From Bacillales bacterium UBA3620 (GTDB taxonomy: Bacteria; Bacillota_I; Bacilli_A; RF39; UBA660), in the NCBI GenBank assembly GCA_002375205.1, contig DFLL01000040.1:1-58383 (forward strand): a stretch of 58,383 bases of DNA, written 5' to 3'. This document shows, piece by piece, positions 28,904-38,704 of this stretch; within the stretch, counting starts at the first letter, position 1, and every line of letters starts with the position of its first letter. Under the pieces are notes generated by a model that did no database searches, was not told the origin of the DNA, and was given only the letters and a program-made list of their open reading frames with translations. The position numbers and the translations under genes are program-made.

Positions 28904-29605
28904 TTAGATATCCCTTTTTATAATTTCTGAGTATCTTCTAGGATATATTGGATTTGTTACTTCAATTTTTTTGTATTTTATTAAAGTTCTAAGTGATTCT
29001 TCTATTGGAAGATTAAAGATAATTCTATCTTCTTCAATGATGGAAAGTTTTTCATAATAATTATTAATGTTTTTTTCCTCACTTTCAGTATTAGACTTCA
29101 TTGCAATAAAATTTCCATTTACTTTAACTAAAGGAATTCCATACTCTAATAAATATTTAATGGGTGCCACTGCTCTTGCAGTTACAATATCAAATAGTTC
29201 TCTATGACTTTTTGCATATTCTTCTATCCTAGTATTAATTATTTTCACATTACTTAGTTTTAATTTTTCTTTAACTATGTTTAGAAAATTACATTTTTTA
29301 CCATTAGATTCAATTAATGTTATATTAGCATCAGAAAAACATATAGCAAGCACTAATCCAGGAAATCCTGCACCAGATCCTAAATCGCAAATACTTTGAT
29401 TATTTATTTCTATTATTTTAGCAATAGTCAAACTATCATAAAAATGTTTTAAATAGACGTCCGATTCTTCTATTATCCTTGTTAAATTATATTTTGAATT
29501 TTCTTCTTTCAGAATTTGATAATAGTCTTCTAGTTTTGTTAAACTATTTTTTTCAATTTTTATACCTAATTTATTTATTTCTTTGATAAACCTTTCTTTA
29601 TTCAT
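28904..29605 (-). CDS. rsmG: 16S rRNA (guanine527-N7)-methyltransferase
   Basis: It has the SAM-binding motif DLGSGAGFPG and conserved synteny after mnmG. Confidence 0.9.
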   Translation of the reverse strand: MNKERFIKEINKLGIKIEKNSLTKLEDYYQILKEENSKYNLTRIIEESDVYLKHFYDSLTIAKIIEINNQSICDLGSGAGFPGLVLAICFSDANITLIESNGKKCNFLNIVKEKLKLSNVKIINTRIEEYAKSHRELFDIVTARAVAPIKYLLEYGIPLVKVNGNFIAMKSNTESEEKNINNYYEKLSIIEEDRIIFNLPIEESLRTLIKYKKIEVTNPIYPRRYSEIIKRDI

Positions 29606-31436
29606 TATGCTTCCTCTTTAAATAAACTAATAGTATTGATATATCAGATGGATTTACCCCACTTATTCTTAGAGCCTGTCCAATGCTGATTGGTCTTACT
29701 TCTTTTAGTTTTTGTCTTGCTTCACTGGCCAAATTGGGCACTTTGTCATAGTCTATATTATCTGGTATTTGTTTTTCTTCATTTTTTAATGCTTTTTCAG
29801 CTTCTCTTTCAACTTTTTTGATATATCCTTCATATTTGATTTGTATTTCTACTTCATCAATAATTTCCTGTGGATATATTAAACCTAGATTTAGGTCCTT
29901 TATTATTTGTTTTAGATTGGTGGTTGGGTTTTTTAAATATTCATAAACTGTTATTGTCCTTCTCTTTTTCTCTGTATCCACAGTTATTTTGATTTGTTTT
30001 AATTTATTAGTTAATTCTGCAATGTCTTTCTTTTTCTGAATGAACTTTTCATATTTTTCTCCTGTTATTAAACCAACTTGATGTCCATATTCTCTTAGTC
30101 TTAAGTCACTATTATCATGCCTTAGTAGAAGGCGATATTCTGCTCTAGATGTTAACATTCGGTATGGCTCTTTAGTTCCCTTTGTTACTAAGTCATCAAT
30201 TAGTACACCTATATAAGCTTCATTTCTTTTTAATATTAGTGGCTCTTTTCCTTCTAATTTAAGTGAGGCATTTATACCTGCTATTAGTCCTTGGCATGCG
30301 GCTTCTTCATATCCACTTGTTCCGTTTATTTGACCGGCAGTAAAAAGATTTTTTAGTATTTTTGTCTCTAAATTAGGTTTTACTTGTGTTGGATATATGG
30401 CATCATATTCTATAGCATAAGCATATTTTAAAATCTTTGCTTTTTCTAGTCCGGGAAGTGAATGTACCATTTGATCTTGAATGCTTCTAGGCATACTTGT
30501 TGAAAAACCTTGGATATAGATATCATCATAATATTTGCTTTCGGGTTCTAAAAATAGTTGATGCTTTTCTTTATCACTAAATCTTACTATTTTATCCTCG
30601 ATTGACGGGCAATATCTTGGACCGACTCCGGTTATATCATCTAATCCGCCATACATACTTGACTTAGATAAGTTATCTATTATTATTTTCTTTGTTTCTT
30701 CTGTTGTATATATTAAATAGCATGGTTCTTGATTATCAATATCGTATTTTGGTTTATTTGTGTGTGAAAAAGTATAATATTCCTTATCTCCGTCTTCACG
30801 TTTTGTCTTAGAAAAATCTATACTTTTTTTTTCGATACGAGGGGGAGTTCCAGTTTTTAATCTCAATATATTAAAACCATATTTTTTTAAATTATCTGAT
30901 AAATGTAATGATGGTCTTTCATCATGAGGTCCACTTCTCGTCCTAGTACTTCCTATTAAAATGTCCGATTTTAAATATGTCCCAGTTGTTAATATGACAA
31001 TATTACTTGTGATATTTTCACCATTTTCTAGTATTACTCCTTTAACAGTATTATCCACTACTAAAAGATTCTCGACCATGCTTTCTCTGATACTTAGGTT
31101 TTTTTCGTTTCTTAATACTTTTAGCATTTCTTTAGGATATGTGACTTTATCAGCCTGAGCTCTTAACGATTTAACTGCAGGGCCTTTAGCATAGTTTAAC
31201 ATTTTCATTTGAAGAAGAGTTTTATCTGCTACTTCGCCCATTATGCCACCTAAGGCATCTATCTCTCTTACAATTATTCCTTTAGCTGTTCCTCCTATTG
31301 AAGGATTACAAGGCATTGTTGCAATATTATTTACATTTCCTGTTACAAGAAGGGTTTTATGTCCTTTTCTAGATGAGGCTACGGCCGCTTCACAACCAGC
31401 ATGTCCTCCTCCTACAACTATTATTTCAAAATTCAT
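29598..31436 (-). CDS. mnmG: tRNA uridine 5-carboxymethylaminomethyl modification enzyme MnmG
   Basis: It has the FAD motif VVGGGHAGCEAA and PRYCPSIEDK, and a typical length. Confidence 0.95.
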   Translation of the reverse strand: MNFEIIVVGGGHAGCEAAVASSRKGHKTLLVTGNVNNIATMPCNPSIGGTAKGIIVREIDALGGIMGEVADKTLLQMKMLNYAKGPAVKSLRAQADKVTYPKEMLKVLRNEKNLSIRESMVENLLVVDNTVKGVILENGENITSNIVILTTGTYLKSDILIGSTRTRSGPHDERPSLHLSDNLKKYGFNILRLKTGTPPRIEKKSIDFSKTKREDGDKEYYTFSHTNKPKYDIDNQEPCYLIYTTEETKKIIIDNLSKSSMYGGLDDITGVGPRYCPSIEDKIVRFSDKEKHQLFLEPESKYYDDIYIQGFSTSMPRSIQDQMVHSLPGLEKAKILKYAYAIEYDAIYPTQVKPNLETKILKNLFTAGQINGTSGYEEAACQGLIAGINASLKLEGKEPLILKRNEAYIGVLIDDLVTKGTKEPYRMLTSRAEYRLLLRHDNSDLRLREYGHQVGLITGEKYEKFIQKKKDIAELTNKLKQIKITVDTEKKRRTITVYEYLKNPTTNLKQIIKDLNLGLIYPQEIIDEVEIQIKYEGYIKKVEREAEKALKNEEKQIPDNIDYDKVPNLASEARQKLKEVRPISIGQALRISGVNPSDISILLVYLKRKHNE

Positions 31437-31444
31437 TTTTTCAC

Positions 31445-32791
31445 CTACTTTCCTAAACAGAATCTACTAAATAATTCATCCAACAATTCATCTGTATATG
31501 TCTCTCCTATTATCTCTCCAAGAGATTTCCAAGCATCTTTTAAATCTAATTCAACAATATCGATTGGGCTATCATTTTTTATTTCCTTAATGGCATCATT
31601 TATGTATCCTAAAACTTTATTAAGAATTGAAATACTTCTAGCATTTGATAAATATGTCATATTATTTATTTGGAGTTCCCCAACTGAGAATAATTCTTTT
31701 ATTTTATCTTTTAATTTGTTAATACCAATGTTTTCCTTTACTGATATTTCGATAAAATTATCTAATTCTTTTTTATTTAAAACATCTTCTAAGTCTACTT
31801 TGTTTACAATTATTATTTTCTTTTTATCTTTTAATTTTTCCAATAATTCTCTTTCATCATTCAACAATTCCTCGTTATTATTTAACATGAATAACACTAA
31901 ATCTGAAGTATTTATCATATTAAGGCTTTTTTCTACACCTATTTTTTCTACCTCATCTTCTGTAGAACGGATACCAGCTGTATCAATAATATTTAGTATG
32001 ATTCCGTCTAGTATTATTTTTCCTTCTATTATGTCTCTTGTGGTACCAGGAATACAAGTAACTATAGCTTTTTCTTCTTCCAAAAGAGAGTTTAAGAGAC
32101 TACTTTTACCAACATTAGGTCTACCTATTATAGCCACATTAATTCCTTCTTTTAGTACTTTACTGTCATTTGATTTTTTTAAAATTTCTTCTAATTCTTG
32201 TTTAAATTTACTTATATTTGGTAATAATTTATCGTTTGTTAATACTTCAACATCTTCATATTCTGGATAGTCAATATTTACTTCGATATTGCTGATTATC
32301 TGTATTAATTCATTTCTTAAATCTTTTATTAAATTAGAAGCTTCACCAGTTAGAGTATTAATTGATATTTTTCTTGCTTTATCTGATTCAGAAGATATCA
32401 AATCCATGGTTGCTTCTGCTTCTAGCAAGTCTATTCTTCCATTTAGAAAAGCTCTTTTTGTAAATTCTCCGGGTTCGGCAAGCCTTGCTCCATTATTAAG
32501 AAGAACTTCTAAAATTTTGTTTGTAACTGCTATTCCACCATGGCAATTTATTTCGACAACATCTTCTCTTGTAAATGTCTTTGGGGATTTCATTACGCTT
32601 ACCAATACTTCATCAATTTTATCTTCTTTATCCATTACAAAACCATAATGAATAGTATGTGTACTTACTTTTGTTAAATCCTTAGTGAATACTCTGCTTA
32701 CTATTTCAATGGCATCAACTCCACTTAATCTTATAATTGATATAGCTCCTAGTCCGACGGTGGTAGAAATTGCTACTATTGTATCTTCCAT
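31445..32791 (-). CDS. mnmE: tRNA modification GTPase MnmE
   Basis: It has the G-domain motifs GRPNVGKSSLLN and DTAGIR, and the C-terminal CLGK. Confidence 0.95.
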   Translation of the reverse strand: MEDTIVAISTTVGLGAISIIRLSGVDAIEIVSRVFTKDLTKVSTHTIHYGFVMDKEDKIDEVLVSVMKSPKTFTREDVVEINCHGGIAVTNKILEVLLNNGARLAEPGEFTKRAFLNGRIDLLEAEATMDLISSESDKARKISINTLTGEASNLIKDLRNELIQIISNIEVNIDYPEYEDVEVLTNDKLLPNISKFKQELEEILKKSNDSKVLKEGINVAIIGRPNVGKSSLLNSLLEEEKAIVTCIPGTTRDIIEGKIILDGIILNIIDTAGIRSTEDEVEKIGVEKSLNMINTSDLVLFMLNNNEELLNDERELLEKLKDKKKIIIVNKVDLEDVLNKKELDNFIEISVKENIGINKLKDKIKELFSVGELQINNMTYLSNARSISILNKVLGYINDAIKEIKNDSPIDIVELDLKDAWKSLGEIIGETYTDELLDELFSRFCLGK

Positions 32792-33014
32792 CTAATACTC
32801 CTTCTTTCTCGTCAATATTTTATCACAATAGCTCTAAAAAAGAAACTATTTGTTCTCGTTTTTTTCTTCTTTTCAAATTCTTTATATTATATTCTGTAAC
32901 ATAAATTGATACTTTTGTAAATCTTTATCATAATTATGTTTTTTTATATAATTTAATTTTTTTTTTGACAATTTTAATTATAAATTATTATTTTTCGTAA
33001 CTGTCTTTCAAAAT

Positions 33015-33040
33015 ACAAAAAAGCCCTAAATACAAGGGCT
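33015..33040 (-). terminator. intrinsic terminator after jag
   Basis: The minus strand reads AGCCCTTGTATTTAGGGCTTTTTT. Confidence 0.7.
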
Positions 33041-33052
33041 CTTCTTTCATTT

Positions 33053-33661
33053 TTATTGTTCTTTTAATTTAATTACAACTTTTCTATTTGGCTCTTCTCC
33101 AATTGATTCAGTATAAACGTATTTATCATCTGCTAATGCTTCATGTACTAATCTTCTTTCATATGAATTCATGCTATCCATTGTAACTTCTGTCTTTGTT
33201 TTATATGCTTCTCTTGCTAATTTTTTGGCTAAATATGTAATATTTCTTGCTCTCTTTTCTTTGTAATTTCCAACATCTAACACAATGGATAGTGGTCTAC
33301 TTAATTTAGTATTTACCATTTGTCTAATTAGAAGCTGAAGGGCTGCAACGTTTTTTCCATTTTTGCCAATTAATATTGCATTATTTTCAGAAAATATTGT
33401 TACTGAAATACTTTCTTCTCTCCTTCTTACTTCAAGATTTCCTCCAGCATTCATTTTCTTGATTATTTCACTCACATTTTCCTTTATATATGAAATAATT
33501 TCATTCATATTTAAAGCTTCTATTTTAACTGTTTTTTTTAATATCCCCGATTTATCTTCAACATTATTTACTACAAGGTCCTCTCTTGCTATTTTTAATT
33601 CCTCAAGGGCCAATTCAATAGCTGCCTCTTTTGTTTTTCCCTCATAATAATACTTGTTCAT
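33053..33661 (-). CDS. jag: Jag/KhpB RNA-binding protein (KH plus R3H)
   Basis: It has an R3H region (MNSYERRLVH) and synteny with yidC. Confidence 0.88.
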   Translation of the reverse strand: MNKYYYEGKTKEAAIELALEELKIAREDLVVNNVEDKSGILKKTVKIEALNMNEIISYIKENVSEIIKKMNAGGNLEVRRREESISVTIFSENNAILIGKNGKNVAALQLLIRQMVNTKLSRPLSIVLDVGNYKEKRARNITYLAKKLAREAYKTKTEVTMDSMNSYERRLVHEALADDKYVYTESIGEEPNRKVVIKLKEQ

Positions 33662-34602
33662 TACTTCTTTGCCTTCTTTCTTTCTACCATCTTATTTTGA
33701 AAAATAGTAAACGCTGATGATGATATCCAATATAATCCTAATGCTACCGGTAAACTAAATGAAGCAAATACTATCATAGCTAGCATAAAGTAGATTGTTC
33801 CCTTCATTTGAGCTGCCATAGCAGTCTGATCTTTTAATGTTTTCTTAAATGATAAATATGTTGTTCCTAATATGATTAGTAAAAATAATACATATATATA
33901 CCATCTACCAGACATTATTCCGTGAGATATAGTCGTTCCCATATCTAATCCTAAAAATTTATTTTCAAATATAACTGGAGTTCTATTTATTGCTTCTAGA
34001 TAAGCAAATAATAAAGGTATTTGAACAAATGATAATAGACAACTAGATAATGGATTTATTTTGTTTTTTTGATAAATAGCCATCATTTCTTGGGCTTTCA
34101 TCTTTTGGTCATTTTCATCTGTCTTATCTTTATATTTCTTTTCCAATTTGTCTATTTCTGGTTTTACAGCATTCATCTTCTCAGATTGCATAGCAGTCTT
34201 TCTTGTTAATGGATACATTACTAATCTTATTACTATACAAGATAATATGATTGCCAATCCATTAGCTAACCCTTTGCTTAATCCAATCTTTCCAAGTACT
34301 ACACCAGTATTTATTAAAATCCATGCTAGAGGTTTTACAAATATAGTTGTCCATAAACCTTCATACTCTGAAAAAGGTTTAAATTCAGTACATTTTGGTA
34401 GTTCATCTATATTTACTCCATTATCTTCATATAGTTTTATTACATCCTTATTAGTAGGTCTGCATACTATATTTTCAGTAAGTGCCTTACCGGTTTCTTC
34501 ATATTTTACTACTTTTTTATCTTCTCCTACTAACTGTTTTGTACACCCAGTAAGTAAGAATACAGACAATACTATTAATAGTATTTTTATACTTTTCTTC
34601 AC
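33661..34602 (-). CDS. yidC: membrane protein insertase YidC/SpoIIIJ (lipoprotein type)
   Basis: It has the lipobox LLTGC and a conserved Oxa1 core (MQSEKMNAVKPEIDKLEKKYK, INPLSSCL). Confidence 0.92.
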   Translation of the reverse strand: MKKSIKILLIVLSVFLLTGCTKQLVGEDKKVVKYEETGKALTENIVCRPTNKDVIKLYEDNGVNIDELPKCTEFKPFSEYEGLWTTIFVKPLAWILINTGVVLGKIGLSKGLANGLAIILSCIVIRLVMYPLTRKTAMQSEKMNAVKPEIDKLEKKYKDKTDENDQKMKAQEMMAIYQKNKINPLSSCLLSFVQIPLLFAYLEAINRTPVIFENKFLGLDMGTTISHGIMSGRWYIYVLFLLIILGTTYLSFKKTLKDQTAMAAQMKGTIYFMLAMIVFASFSLPVALGLYWISSSAFTIFQNKMVERKKAKK

Positions 34603-34931
34603 TTTTTATCACCTATATTTTTTATTAGCATTAACAATTCCTTTTCTATATCAAGATACGTTAATTCTAATAATCCTTTCCTAATAATTATAACATAATC
34701 ATAACTACTTTGCATACTATTTTTATTATTATCGATAATGTTTTTTATCCTTCTTTTTATTTTGTTTCTAATTACTGCTTTTCCAGTCTTCTTAGGGATT
34801 GATATTCCATATCTATTTTTATTATTGTTTTTACGATAATAGATACTGAAATTATTGCTCTTTATCTTTTTACCTTTATTTATTATTTCAGTATATTCCC
34901 TTGATGACTTTATGATATCTTCTTTCTTCAT
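34599..34931 (-). CDS. rnpA: ribonuclease P protein component
   Basis: It is basic, carries the KAVIRNKIKRRIK motif, and sits downstream of rpmH. Confidence 0.88.
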   Translation of the reverse strand: MKKEDIIKSSREYTEIINKGKKIKSNNFSIYYRKNNNKNRYGISIPKKTGKAVIRNKIKRRIKNIIDNNKNSMQSSYDYVIIIRKGLLELTYLDIEKELLMLIKNIGDKK

Positions 34932-34961
34932 ACTATAAAAAAAGAAAAAAAGAAAACAAAA

Positions 34962-35084
34962 TTATGCACATAATTTTTTTCTTTTTTTAGTTCTTCTATT
35001 CTTCAAAACATTACCTTTTACTCTTGCAAAGAAACCATGCTTTTTAGCTTTTTTTCTGTTATTAGGTTGATAAGTTCTTTTCAT
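34962..35084 (-). CDS. rpmH: 50S ribosomal protein L34, 40 aa (not in the ORF track)
   Basis: The translation is [47 protein letters not shown] lies 9 nt upstream. Confidence 0.88.
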   Translation of the reverse strand: MKRTYQPNNRKKAKKHGFFARVKGNVLKNRRTKKRKKLCA

Positions 35085-35204
35085 AATTAAAACACCTCCA
35101 TGTCAAATGCTCTTTTATTATATAGTTTAATTTAGTTTCTGTCAATAATTTTCTAACTATTTTTTTAATTATACATTGTTCTAGGTATTGTAATCGCCAC
35201 TATT

Positions 35205-35255
35205 GTTGCACTTCATATTTAAATTAATCATAGTTGCACTTCATATTTAAATTAA
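35205..35255 (+). repeat. two exact 23-bp direct repeats GTTGCACTTCATATTTAAATTAA, 28 bp apart
   Basis: The copies are at 35205-35227 and 35233-35255. A degenerate third copy (CATATTTGACATTTTAAATTAC) overlaps the -35. Confidence 0.9.
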
Positions 35256-35260
35256 CATAT

Positions 35261-35289
35261 TTGACATTTTAAATTACATTTAATATAAT
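35261..35289 (+). promoter_or_regulatory. consensus sigma-A promoter: TTGACA, 17-nt spacer, TATAAT
   Basis: TTGACA is at 35261-35266 and TATAAT at 35284-35289, about 25 nt upstream of the ATG at 35314. Confidence 0.75.
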
Positions 35290-35313
35290 ATATGTTATTT
35301 GAGGAGAAATACT

Positions 35314-35964
35314 ATGAATAAAAATTTAGTTAATAAATATAAAAAAGAATTGACAGCATATACTTTTCCGGAAAGTAAATACTATATGCTTATGAATGAA
35401 AAGTCAAAAAAAAATGAGGTACTTAATGAAGTCTTTAATAGAAATGTCTTTGCAAACACTCCTAGTGACTATTATATGAACAATGGTAAAATTATATATT
35501 ATAATTCTTTAAAAGAGGTAAATAATAATATAATTGAGTGGATTGAAATTTTTAGCATGAAAGCTAGCCTTACAGATAATGAACGAAATATTTATTCATT
35601 ATATGTAGAAACGTTAAATAAAATAATTGATGAGATTAAAACTTATGCTAGACTATGTACATTAAAATATAATCTTAAATTTGCTATTGATGATACTATT
35701 AATTGTACTCTAGTTAAAACATATATTGGTATATTATGGGAGAGAAAACTTAAAATTAATAATAAGCTCAGAATAATAATAGAAAACGAATCATCTCTTT
35801 GCTATACTGATTATATAGATGAACTATTGAAAATACGTGATATCTACAGTACCAAACTACTTTGTATGGAAGATGAATGTGAAGAAATATATGATGAATT
35901 TAGAAATATAGTTAGAGAAATACTAAACGTTAAAAAAATAGTTAAAAAGAAAGGAAATACATAA
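35314..35964 (+). CDS. hypothetical protein, 216 aa, family not recognised
   Basis: The ATG at 35314 follows GAGGAG. It lies directly downstream of the consensus promoter at 35261-35289. Confidence 0.55.
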   Translation: MNKNLVNKYKKELTAYTFPESKYYMLMNEKSKKNEVLNEVFNRNVFANTPSDYYMNNGKIIYYNSLKEVNNNIIEWIEIFSMKASLTDNERNIYSLYVETLNKIIDEIKTYARLCTLKYNLKFAIDDTINCTLVKTYIGILWERKLKINNKLRIIIENESSLCYTDYIDELLKIRDIYSTKLLCMEDECEEIYDEFRNIVREILNVKKIVKKKGNT

Positions 35965-35968
35965 AAAA

Positions 35969-36337
35969 ATGGAAATCGAGCAAAATATATTAAAGGAAAT
36001 TGCAATTGAATATTTTGATATTGGTGATGAAGAAAAATTTAATAATGACTGGAAAAACTTTATTTACTGCTACGAAAGAATGAGAAATTGTTCATGTGTT
36101 AAAGCTAAAGATTTATATAGTTTTATTGATGCATTATATCTTGTTGCTTCTGATATAGCTAGCGACGATTTTTTTAAAACAACTGTGGATTTGTATGGAA
36201 ATAGATTCTATAATTATGCGGAAAAACATAAATCATTAGAAGATATGGTTGATGATGCTTTATATAGAATATATGATGAAGATGCTATTCCTAGTTTATC
36301 AGAGCAATATATTCGCATTAAGAAGCTTGAAAGATAG
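35969..36337 (+). CDS. hypothetical acidic protein, 122 aa
   Basis: It starts 4 nt after the upstream stop and is followed by a terminator-like hairpin with a T-run at about 36349-36390. Confidence 0.5.
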   Translation: MEIEQNILKEIAIEYFDIGDEEKFNNDWKNFIYCYERMRNCSCVKAKDLYSFIDALYLVASDIASDDFFKTTVDLYGNRFYNYAEKHKSLEDMVDDALYRIYDEDAIPSLSEQYIRIKKLER

Positions 36338-36513
36338 TACAGCTAAAATAAGAGACTACTGAAATTAGACTCTTATTTTTTTTAAAGACTTATGTTTCAA
36401 TAAATATAAGTAACTTAGTAGGATAGAAAAAAGAAGAAAAATCTCCAAAATACTATTTCATTTTTTTTCTTTTTTTGATAGAATTATATATGAGGAAATA
36501 AAGGTGACAGTAT

Positions 36514-37326
36514 ATGGGAAAAGTTATAGCAATCGTAAACCAAAAAGGTGGTGTGGGAAAGACCACTACTAGTATAAATTTAGCAGCATCTCTTGGTGCT
36601 TTGAATAGAAAAATATTATTGATTGATTTAGATCCACAGGGAAATGCCACTACTGGTGTTGGTATAGATAAAGGTGATATAATAAATAGTATTTATGAAG
36701 TACTTACTAAGAAAGCTAGTATAGAAACTGCTATTATAAAAACAAAAAGCAAAAATTTAAGTATTGTTCCCGCTTATCTAAATCTTGCTGGTGTTGATAT
36801 GGAACTTATTGAGTTAGAAAGGAAAGCAAAAGATGCTGGTCAAAGATTTAATAGGGTAACAAGATTAAAGGAAGAAATAAATAAAATAAAGGATAATTTT
36901 GATTTTATTTTAATAGATTGTCCTCCTTCTCTTGGAATATTGACTACAAATGCACTTGCTGCTTCTAACTCTGTTCTTATACCCGTACAGTGTGAATATT
37001 TTGCTTTAGAGGGTATTATGCAACTTATTAATACGATAATGCTCGCTCAAAGAAAAGTTAATCCTAGTCTTGATATAGAGGGAGTTCTTCTCACGATGTT
37101 CTCCAACACTAACTTAGGTGTCGAAGTCATTGAAAGTATTAAAGGATTTTTTAAAGAGAGAGTATATGATACAATTATTCCAAGATTAGTTAGACTAGCT
37201 GAAGCTCCATCTCATGGTAAACCAATATTAGAATATGAACCTAGAAATAAAGGAACTATTGCTTATTTAAATTTAGCAAAGGAGGTTATTGAAAGAAATG
37301 GAACAAAAGAAGAAAGCGTTGGGTAG
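36514..37326 (+). CDS. soj: chromosome partitioning ATPase ParA/Soj
   Basis: It has the deviant Walker A KGGVGKTTT and DCPPSLG, and is followed by parB. Confidence 0.93.
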   Translation: MGKVIAIVNQKGGVGKTTTSINLAASLGALNRKILLIDLDPQGNATTGVGIDKGDIINSIYEVLTKKASIETAIIKTKSKNLSIVPAYLNLAGVDMELIELERKAKDAGQRFNRVTRLKEEINKIKDNFDFILIDCPPSLGILTTNALAASNSVLIPVQCEYFALEGIMQLINTIMLAQRKVNPSLDIEGVLLTMFSNTNLGVEVIESIKGFFKERVYDTIIPRLVRLAEAPSHGKPILEYEPRNKGTIAYLNLAKEVIERNGTKEESVG

Positions 37327-38179
37327 GGGGCTTGAAGAATTATTTTCTACTGAAGTATTAGACTTTGATACTTTTGAAAATAATGTTATTGAGACCGCTA
37401 GTGAAAGTGATATTAAAGAAATTCCTGTTAGTGAAATTAGGCCTAATCCTTATCAGCCAAGAAAATCTTTTAACGAGGATGCTTTAAAGGAATTATCGGA
37501 GTCTATAAAGAATTATGGCGTATTTCAGCCTATTATTGTAAAAAAATCTATTAAAGGATATGATTTAATTGCTGGGGAACGTAGACTTAGAGCTAGTAAA
37601 CTTGCTGGATTAGAAAAGATTCCTGCGATTGTAAAAGAATTTACTGATGAAGAAATGAGAGAAATATCTCTACTAGAAAATTTACAAAGAGAGAATTTAA
37701 CCGCCATTGAACTTGCTTGGGCATATAAAGGTATCATTGATAACTTGGATATTAGACAAGAAGATCTTGCTCAAAAGATTGGTAAAAGTAGAGCACACGT
37801 TACAAATATTTTGGGGCTTCTTAATTTACCTGATTCTGTTCAAAAAATGGTACTTAATAATGAGATATCAATGGGTCATGCGAGAGTTCTTAGTAAAATG
37901 GATAATCCAGAAGAAGTTAAACATCTGGCTAATAGAATTGTCAATGAAAATTTAAGTGTTCACGATATTGAAGTTATCAGTAGAGAAGAAGAAATAAAGA
38001 AAAGAGTTCCGGTCACAAGGAGAAGTACTAATAATAATGATTATTCTTCTGTCGAGAAAGAAATGAAGGAAGTACTTGGCACTAGAGTTAAAATTGATAA
38101 TAAAAAGATTAATATTTATTTTGAAAACGTAAATGATTTAAATAGAATTTTGGAAATCATGAATATCGAAATTAAGTAG
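37298..38179 (+). CDS. spo0J: chromosome partitioning protein ParB/Spo0J
   Basis: Motifs: LGRGLEELF, IRPNPYQPRK, IAGERRLRASKLAG and an HTH region. I prefer the ATG at 37298 over the TTG at 37289. Confidence 0.92.
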   Translation: MEQKKKALGRGLEELFSTEVLDFDTFENNVIETASESDIKEIPVSEIRPNPYQPRKSFNEDALKELSESIKNYGVFQPIIVKKSIKGYDLIAGERRLRASKLAGLEKIPAIVKEFTDEEMREISLLENLQRENLTAIELAWAYKGIIDNLDIRQEDLAQKIGKSRAHVTNILGLLNLPDSVQKMVLNNEISMGHARVLSKMDNPEEVKHLANRIVNENLSVHDIEVISREEEIKKRVPVTRRSTNNNDYSSVEKEMKEVLGTRVKIDNKKINIYFENVNDLNRILEIMNIEIK

Positions 38180-38422
38180 TCTAGTGCTACTTTTTCTTTT
38201 TGATTACATATTGTTAACTATATTTATTTGATATATTATTTTTTATCTTTAGGAAATACTTTACTATTTAGATATTTGAAAAATGTTATTATTATAATGC
38301 TTGCAGTAAGTTCAACTTAGAAGAATTTTTTATCGATTTTTGTCTTACTTAATTGTTTGCAAAATCACTAGGCAGTATATTATAATATTCTTGTAAGAAG
38401 AACAGAAAGGTGAGGTGGTATT

Positions 38423-38635
38423 GTGCAAGGAAGAGTTAAGTGGTTCAACAACGACAAAGGTTATGGCTTCATAGATTACCCAAACGGCGAAGATATTTTC
38501 GTACACTACTCTGCTATTAAGCAAGATGGATACAAGACTTTATCAGAAGGTCAAATTGTTAATTTTGATTTGATTGAAACTGCTAAAGGCTTACAAGCTA
38601 TCAATGTAATAGCGGAAGCAAATGTAAAGGCTTAA
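38423..38635 (+). CDS. cold-shock protein (CspA family)
   Basis: It has the RNP motifs KGYGFI and VHYS, and a GTG start after AAGGTGAGGTGG. Confidence 0.92.
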   Translation: MQGRVKWFNNDKGYGFIDYPNGEDIFVHYSAIKQDGYKTLSEGQIVNFDLIETAKGLQAINVIAEANVKA

Positions 38636-38704
38636 TTCGATAAAAAATACATAAGACAGCTAGAAGTACTTAAGCTATCTTATTTTTTTATATATGGAGG
38701 TTTT

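Noticed and set aside
31401-32270. A 289-aa plus-strand ORF overlapping mnmG and mnmE
   Set aside because: It is antisense to two highly conserved genes, its composition is S/F/I/L-rich low complexity, and it has no SD. It is a typical AT-rich antisense run-on. The same reasoning applies to 32289-32648, 33363-33647, 34148-34684, 30961-31158 and 31243-31470.
36453-36650. A 65-aa minus-strand ORF overlapping the soj start
   Set aside because: It is antisense to the conserved Walker A region of soj and has no SD.
37780-37810. A parS site inside spo0J (AGCACACGTTACAA region) and the TGTTGCAC half-sites at 35203-35210
   Set aside because: Neither forms the 16-bp palindrome TGTTNCACGTGNAACA; each has at most one half-site. 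I saw no convincing parS anywhere in the window.
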